A stretch of 51,466 nucleotides of DNA, taken from assembly GCA_000434435.1 (NCBI GenBank), contig FR895540.1, positions 1-51,466 of the forward strand, read 5' to 3'. Source of the DNA: Firmicutes bacterium CAG:475. Its GTDB lineage: Bacteria > Bacillota > Clostridia > Christensenellales > CAG-917. Below are positions 46,874-51,466 of this stretch, one piece after another. Each line of letters starts with the position of its first letter. The stretch's first letter is position 1. Both the position numbers and the translations under genes were made by a program. The notes beneath the pieces are model-generated. The model saw only the letters and a program-made list of their open reading frames with translations. It was not told the DNA's origin and searched no databases.

Positions 46874-49015
46874 TTAGTCCTCGTCCTTTTTGAGCTTTGC
46901 ACTCAAACCTTTGAAGAAGTTTTTGAGCGTTGCGCCGGCGGTTTCCGGCATAGCTTTGATATCCACGATCTTTGTGTTGTTGGTGATCGAATAGCTCACG
47001 TAAGCGTAGTAGCCGATCAAAAGCACCGTAAACACGCAGAATGTGATGTAGAATGCGCCCGTCGTTTCGAAGTTGGTGATTGCGGACGAAATCACACCGC
47101 TCTTTACAAAACCGCTTTGGTTCATAAGTTGAGCGTAGTTGAGGAAGCCGAGGAAAGACATTCCGCTCGTCACGAAATACATTCTCTTGTCGCCGCTGAC
47201 CATCGTAAAGATAAACGCAAGTGCGATTGCAAGGAACAAATACGTGTATGTCACCTTTATCGTGAACACTGCGATAACCGCAAACGTGAAGGACGCAAGG
47301 AGCAACAGCTCTTGTTTGTTGCGGTTCTTGAAGTAAAGCGAGATGACGTACGCTTCGAGCACCAAGAGGAAGATGAGGTTGAGGATGTTGACGCTTTGTT
47401 GCGAGGATTTGCCGTTCATACCCACCATGCCGTAGAGGTTGAACGCATTCTTGACAAAGTAGTTGACGTTGGTCATTTGTCCCATCATCAATTTGAAACC
47501 GTAGAAAGCGTCGCCCGCTGCGATTTGATGAATCGCGCAAGGAATGGTAAGCGCGTAGGCAAGCACGAAGCATGCGGGCAAACCGAACACGATTTTCGCT
47601 CTGTTGGACGTAAATTTCTTCTTGTCGTCGTTATCTTTGATGTACATATACACAAAGTACGCAACGACGATGGGCGCAATTGCCATCGCTCTCAAATCGA
47701 GCACTGCGGCAAGAGTCATCACAAAGTAAGTTGAAATATACTTTTTGTTGATCATCAAAATCAACGCGCCGACGATAAGAGCAATCAAAAGACTTTCGAA
47801 CGTTGCGCTGTGACCGCTCACCATAAGTGCGAACGGAAGCATTGCGTACACTGCCGAATAAACGGTTGCCAGCTTGTTGCCAACCTGCTTTTTGCCATAG
47901 AAATAAATCATCGCGATCACTGCCAAATCGGCAATTACGTTGATAAGGCGAAGCAAAATCGAAAGCGAAGCGTCGTCAAAGTTTTGACCGACGAAGCCAA
48001 GCACGGACAAAATGTAAATCACGCCGGGCGAATACGTCATAGTCGTGTTTGCGGAAGCCATCTTCTCAGCAAAATTGAATACGCCGTTGTTTACGCCGAG
48101 GTATTTTCTTGCAATTGAGAGCGTGTTGGTCATCTCGCTGCCCATTCCGTACATCGTGAGCAAAATCATAAGGCGAATTGCCGCCGCTCCGAGCAAAATC
48201 ATGCTTACGATAAAGGCGTCGCTTTGATACCATTTCGTTGCAAACGTGGTGGATTTCTTCTCAAAGACCGCTGATTTGCCGAAATCGGCGAAAGCGTCTT
48301 TTCTTGCATACAAACGTCTGATGAGCACGTATGCACAGCAAAGCAAAGCCACGCCGAACAAACTCATAAGCACCGTGAAGCAGATGCCGTTGACGTCTGC
48401 GCCGGTGTTGACGGTTTTTGCTTTTTTGAAGTTGATAAGCTCGAAACCTTCGGGCACTTCACTGACTCTTGAAACGTTTACGTTGTCGAAATATACCGTG
48501 CCTTTGCAGCTGTTTTCTTGAGAACCGATGCAAAGCGCAATCGTGAGATAATCGGTGTTTTTGGGCTTGACGTAGAAAGTGCTGGTAACGAAACCGTTGG
48601 TCTTTTGAGAGTGCGTAACGAACTTATATTCAACGTTTTCAAGGAAAGACACGTACGCGCCTTGTTTGTTGGAAAGTTCGGCGTCGATTTTCATATCGAC
48701 GGTGACTTTGTAAATCTTGTTGACTTCAACCTTGACGGATTGTTTGAGATAGCTGTACCCTGCCGATTTGTTTTCGATTTTGAGAACGTTGTCGCCGGAC
48801 TCGGAATCCGAGCGTTGCACTCTTGCAAACGATACGCTCGATGATGACGTCGTCCAACCCTCGAACTTGTTTTCCGACGTAAACGTGGAAAAATCACCGT
48901 TGGTGACGAGGTTTACGCCCTCTTCGCTCTCTGCGTTGTTGCATGCCGTAAATGCGAAAAGTGCCAGTACGAATACCAGCACTAACGCACTTATGAAAAT
49001 TGTTTTTCTTTTCAT
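46874..49015 (-). CDS. large membrane protein: lipoprotein-type signal, extracytoplasmic CBM-like beta-sandwich, then a polytopic domain of about 12 TM helices (putative GT-C-type glycosyltransferase)
   Basis: The 713-aa product has a signal peptide ending in FTAC. The NLVTNGDFS...EGW segment is typical of CBM4/9-like modules. A long hydrophobic region follows. The function is inferred only from the architecture. Confidence 0.7.
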   Translation of the reverse strand: MKRKTIFISALVLVFVLALFAFTACNNAESEEGVNLVTNGDFSTFTSENKFEGWTTSSSSVSFARVQRSDSESGDNVLKIENKSAGYSYLKQSVKVEVNKIYKVTVDMKIDAELSNKQGAYVSFLENVEYKFVTHSQKTNGFVTSTFYVKPKNTDYLTIALCIGSQENSCKGTVYFDNVNVSRVSEVPEGFELINFKKAKTVNTGADVNGICFTVLMSLFGVALLCCAYVLIRRLYARKDAFADFGKSAVFEKKSTTFATKWYQSDAFIVSMILLGAAAIRLMILLTMYGMGSEMTNTLSIARKYLGVNNGVFNFAEKMASANTTMTYSPGVIYILSVLGFVGQNFDDASLSILLRLINVIADLAVIAMIYFYGKKQVGNKLATVYSAVYAMLPFALMVSGHSATFESLLIALIVGALILMINKKYISTYFVMTLAAVLDLRAMAIAPIVVAYFVYMYIKDNDDKKKFTSNRAKIVFGLPACFVLAYALTIPCAIHQIAAGDAFYGFKLMMGQMTNVNYFVKNAFNLYGMVGMNGKSSQQSVNILNLIFLLVLEAYVISLYFKNRNKQELLLLASFTFAVIAVFTIKVTYTYLFLAIALAFIFTMVSGDKRMYFVTSGMSFLGFLNYAQLMNQSGFVKSGVISSAITNFETTGAFYITFCVFTVLLIGYYAYVSYSITNNTKIVDIKAMPETAGATLKNFFKGLSAKLKKDED

Positions 49016-49047
49016 TGTGTTCCTCTAAAAAAATCGGATTTCCGCAA

Positions 49048-49386
49048 TTAGACTTCTTTGAGTTTTGCAGCTTTACCGGTTCTTTCTTTCAAGTAATAGA
49101 GTTTTGCGCGTCTGACTTTGCCGTGGCGAACGACTTGGATGCTGTCGATCTTGGGCGAATGAAGCGGGAACGTTCTTTCAACGCCGACGCCGCATGCGAT
49201 ACGACGAACTACGATTGTTTCGCGGATGCCGCCGTTCTTTCTTGCAATGACGATTCCCTCGTAAGTTTGGATACGTTCTCTCGTACCTTCAACAACTTTG
49301 ACGTTCACTCTGACGGTGTCGCCGATTGCGATTGCAGGCAAGTTTTGTTTCATGCCTTCTCTTTCGATTGTGTCGATAATGTTCAT
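49048..49386 (-). CDS. rplS: 50S ribosomal protein L19
   Basis: The product reads [38 protein letters not shown]...[27 protein letters not shown], a canonical L19. Confidence 0.95.
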   Translation of the reverse strand: MNIIDTIEREGMKQNLPAIAIGDTVRVNVKVVEGTRERIQTYEGIVIARKNGGIRETIVVRRIACGVGVERTFPLHSPKIDSIQVVRHGKVRRAKLYYLKERTGKAAKLKEV

Positions 49387-49490
49387 TTTTGACCTCCTGT
49401 ATTTGCGCGATGTTCACGACAAGCGTCTCTTGTTCGGCGGAACATCCGAGTCACGCGTGTTATATTATCATAAATAAATTTATTTAACAA
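49387..49490 (-). promoter_or_regulatory. rplS promoter (TTGTTA-17-TGaTAATAT) and structured 5' leader (possible L19 leader)
   Basis: The -35 is at 49490..49485 and the extended -10 is at 49470..49462. In the leader, GAUGUUC...GAACAUC encloses the hairpin ACAAG-agacg-CUUGU, just upstream of the AGGAGG SD. Confidence 0.4.
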
Positions 49491-49541
49491 GCAAAAATAC
49501 AATATAAATTTGCTTTTTAATCAATTTCTTTCGATTTTTAT

Positions 49542-50009
49542 TCAATTTCTAGGATATTTTGCGTCGTTTGCGCAAAAAGCGTTCTCGATATGGCGGATTC
49601 CTTCGTCGTCGATTGCCACTATATCGAAGCGCACGTTTACACCGCTCAAATGCTTTTGCGTCGTATATGATTTCGCCGCCGTGACGTATCTGGTGACTTT
49701 GTATGGCGTAACCGCCTCTTCCGGCGTTCCGAACTCACTGCCGTATCTCGTTTTTACCTCGACGAAAACAATCGTTCTTTCCGCCTTCTTCAAAGGATTG
49801 ATTTTCAGCAATTCGTGCACGAATTTTTCAAAACGGAATTTGGCGTTTTGCTTGATTAGATTGCCGTTTTCATCGGTATAGCACTCGCAAATTATATCCA
49901 CCTCGCAATCGCAGTATTTTGCGTTGCGTTCGATAATTTTATATCCCTCTTTTTCAAGGTATTCGGCGGCGATTTTCTCGCCTATGTCACCTGCAAATCT
50001 CGTGTTCAT
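49542..50009 (-). CDS. yraN: YraN family (UPF0102) endonuclease-like protein
   Basis: The product reads GDIGEKIAAEYLEKEGYKIIERN...EVDIICE...IVFVEVKTR...VRFDIVAI. An insertion of about 30 aa lies between the E-x-D and E-V-K motifs. It overlaps rnhB by 4 nt. Confidence 0.8.
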   Translation of the reverse strand: MNTRFAGDIGEKIAAEYLEKEGYKIIERNAKYCDCEVDIICECYTDENGNLIKQNAKFRFEKFVHELLKINPLKKAERTIVFVEVKTRYGSEFGTPEEAVTPYKVTRYVTAAKSYTTQKHLSGVNVRFDIVAIDDEGIRHIENAFCANDAKYPRN

Positions 50010-50623
50010 TTCACAAAGTTTCCTATAAACGATCTGCGGTGTATCGGCGTTGCCCCAAACTCTTTTAGAGCGGCAATATGCTTTGCAGTGCCATAGCCCA
50101 TATTGTGTTCGAAGTCGTATTGCGGATATGTTTTTGACATGTTTTCCATATATCTGTCTCTCGTCACTTTTGCGACAATAGAAGCTGACGCTATGGAATA
50201 CGAGAGCGCATCGCCGTGAATTATTCCGAAAGTTTTATAAGGAATATCAAGTTGCAGTGCGTCGACAATCACGATATCGGGTTTGACACAAAGGGACATA
50301 ATTGCATCGCGCATACAAGCTTTGGTTGCGTTCAGAATATTCATTTCGTCGATTTTTTCGGGAGAATAAGAAACCGTTGACACCGCAACCGCCTTTGACA
50401 AAATGACGTCGAAAAGTTTTTCACGCTTGCCCTTGCTCACCTTTTTGCTGTCGTTTACTCCAACGATAAGATCGTCAAGATCCATAATAACCGCCGTGCA
50501 AGTCACGGGACCGGCAAGCGGGCCTCTGCCCACTTCGTCCACTCCGCAAATATAGCGATAGCCTTTTTCGCGCAGTTGATTTTCATACGTCATCAAATCT
50601 TTGGGATCGACCATAATTTTCAT
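50006..50623 (-). CDS. rnhB: ribonuclease HII
   Basis: The product has the CGVDEVGRGPLAGPV catalytic motif, DSKK, and HRRSF near the C-terminus. Confidence 0.95.
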   Translation of the reverse strand: MKIMVDPKDLMTYENQLREKGYRYICGVDEVGRGPLAGPVTCTAVIMDLDDLIVGVNDSKKVSKGKREKLFDVILSKAVAVSTVSYSPEKIDEMNILNATKACMRDAIMSLCVKPDIVIVDALQLDIPYKTFGIIHGDALSYSIASASIVAKVTRDRYMENMSKTYPQYDFEHNMGYGTAKHIAALKEFGATPIHRRSFIGNFVK

Positions 50624-50704
50624 CCTTTACATACGCATTTGTATTGATATTTCGACATTCTAATGCGGTGAATTAACTATTAATGCCGATACTTTGCAAA
50701 AAAA

Positions 50705-51466
50705 TCAGTTTTCGGAAAGCGTAATTTTCTTGGGTTTTTCAAGCATGATTTTGCCAAGTTTGCCCTTTCTGAAATCGTCGATAATCATCTTTGCCGTGCG
50801 CTCGTAATCGGGTTGATTGCCTTTGAGTTTGAAGCCGCGCGCCATTGCGATTTGCTCGAAAATCTGCAACGTATCGTCGCTCAATTCACCGAGATTGTAG
50901 CGATTTTTGAGCGCGTCGGGATATATCTTCTTCATTTCGTCGATGAAGTCGAAGCAAAGCTCGCTCACATCCAGAATATCTTCCCTTATCGAGCCGATAT
51001 ACGCAAGGTGATGCGCAACCTTTTGATCCTCGAACTTGCCCCACAACGTGCCCGGCGTGTCCAAAAAATCAACGTTGTCGATGGACAACCATTGCTTTCC
51101 GCGCGTAACGCCCGGTCTGTCACCCGTAACCGCTTTTGCTTTTTTGACCATAGCGTTGATGATGGTGGATTTTCCGCTGTTGGGAACGCCCACAACCATA
51201 GCTCTGACCGATATATTCGCGCCCTTTTGGGCATATTTTTCAATTTTGTCGGCAACGACTTTTTTGAGTCCTGCCACGATTTGCGAGCAATCGCCCGAAG
51301 TACCGATTGCCTTTACGTAAGGTTTTCCTTGTCTTTCAAACTCTTTGCACCACAAATCGAGGTCGTTTTTTTCAACGAGGTCGCACTTGTTGAAAACGTA
51401 AAGCACCCTCTTGCCTTGCAAAAGTTTGTTGAAAAGCGGATTGTCGCAAGAGTAAACCGCTCTTGC
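50705..51466 (-). CDS. rbgA: ribosome biogenesis GTPase A (partial; 5' end beyond the right edge)
   Basis: This is a circularly permuted GTPase (NKCDL ... VGVPNSGKSTIINA ... DTPG). The reading frame stays open upstream of the first Met to the window end. Confidence 0.9.
   Translation of the reverse strand, partial: ARAVYSCDNPLFNKLLQGKRVLYVFNKCDLVEKNDLDLWCKEFERQGKPYVKAIGTSGDCSQIVAGLKKVVADKIEKYAQKGANISVRAMVVGVPNSGKSTIINAMVKKAKAVTGDRPGVTRGKQWLSIDNVDFLDTPGTLWGKFEDQKVAHHLAYIGSIREDILDVSELCFDFIDEMKKIYPDALKNRYNLGELSDDTLQIFEQIAMARGFKLKGNQPDYERTAKMIIDDFRKGKLGKIMLEKPKKITLSEN

Overview
This 51.5-kb window is a gene-dense, almost entirely minus-strand core-genome segment from a low/medium-GC Firmicute. 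It looks Clostridia-like: Bacillus-type gene order but a type-A-like RNase P RNA. Recognisable housekeeping genes are pheST, rnpB, recN-argR-nadK-tlyA, recG-yloV-yloU with divergent rpmB, rpe-rsgA-rlmN-rsmB-fmt-def-priA-coaBC-rpoZ-gmk-yicC, ligA-pcrA, rho, prs, hemW-lepA, and rplS-yraN-rnhB-rbgA. The most striking feature is a roughly 580-nt structured, ORF-free region (10541-11120, minus strand). A perfect sigma-A promoter drives it, and a small DUF21-like membrane protein followed by tlyA-nadK-argR-recN sits directly downstream. This matches the published context of OLE RNA and its partner OapA, although I cannot run a covariance model to confirm it. Other points worth a second look:
- A tRNA-Ser(GGA) locus has exact 5' and 3' tRNA-fragment duplications, a structured leader, and a small adjacent accessory islet (GNAT plus two small acidic paralogs).
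- An AT-rich orphan 477-aa gene lies between pheS and rnpB.
- A 549-aa protein combines a roughly 400-aa acidic/lysine-rich low-complexity region with two C-terminal YegP/DUF1508 repeats.
- Rho carries an N/Q-rich insertion.
- coaBC contains an in-frame 30-bp tandem duplication.
- The gmk-rpoZ spacer holds a short-motif array.
- The prpC-prkC pair is absent from the otherwise conserved rlmN...rsgA junction.

I found no CRISPR array, rRNA, transposase, integrase or recognisable defence system.
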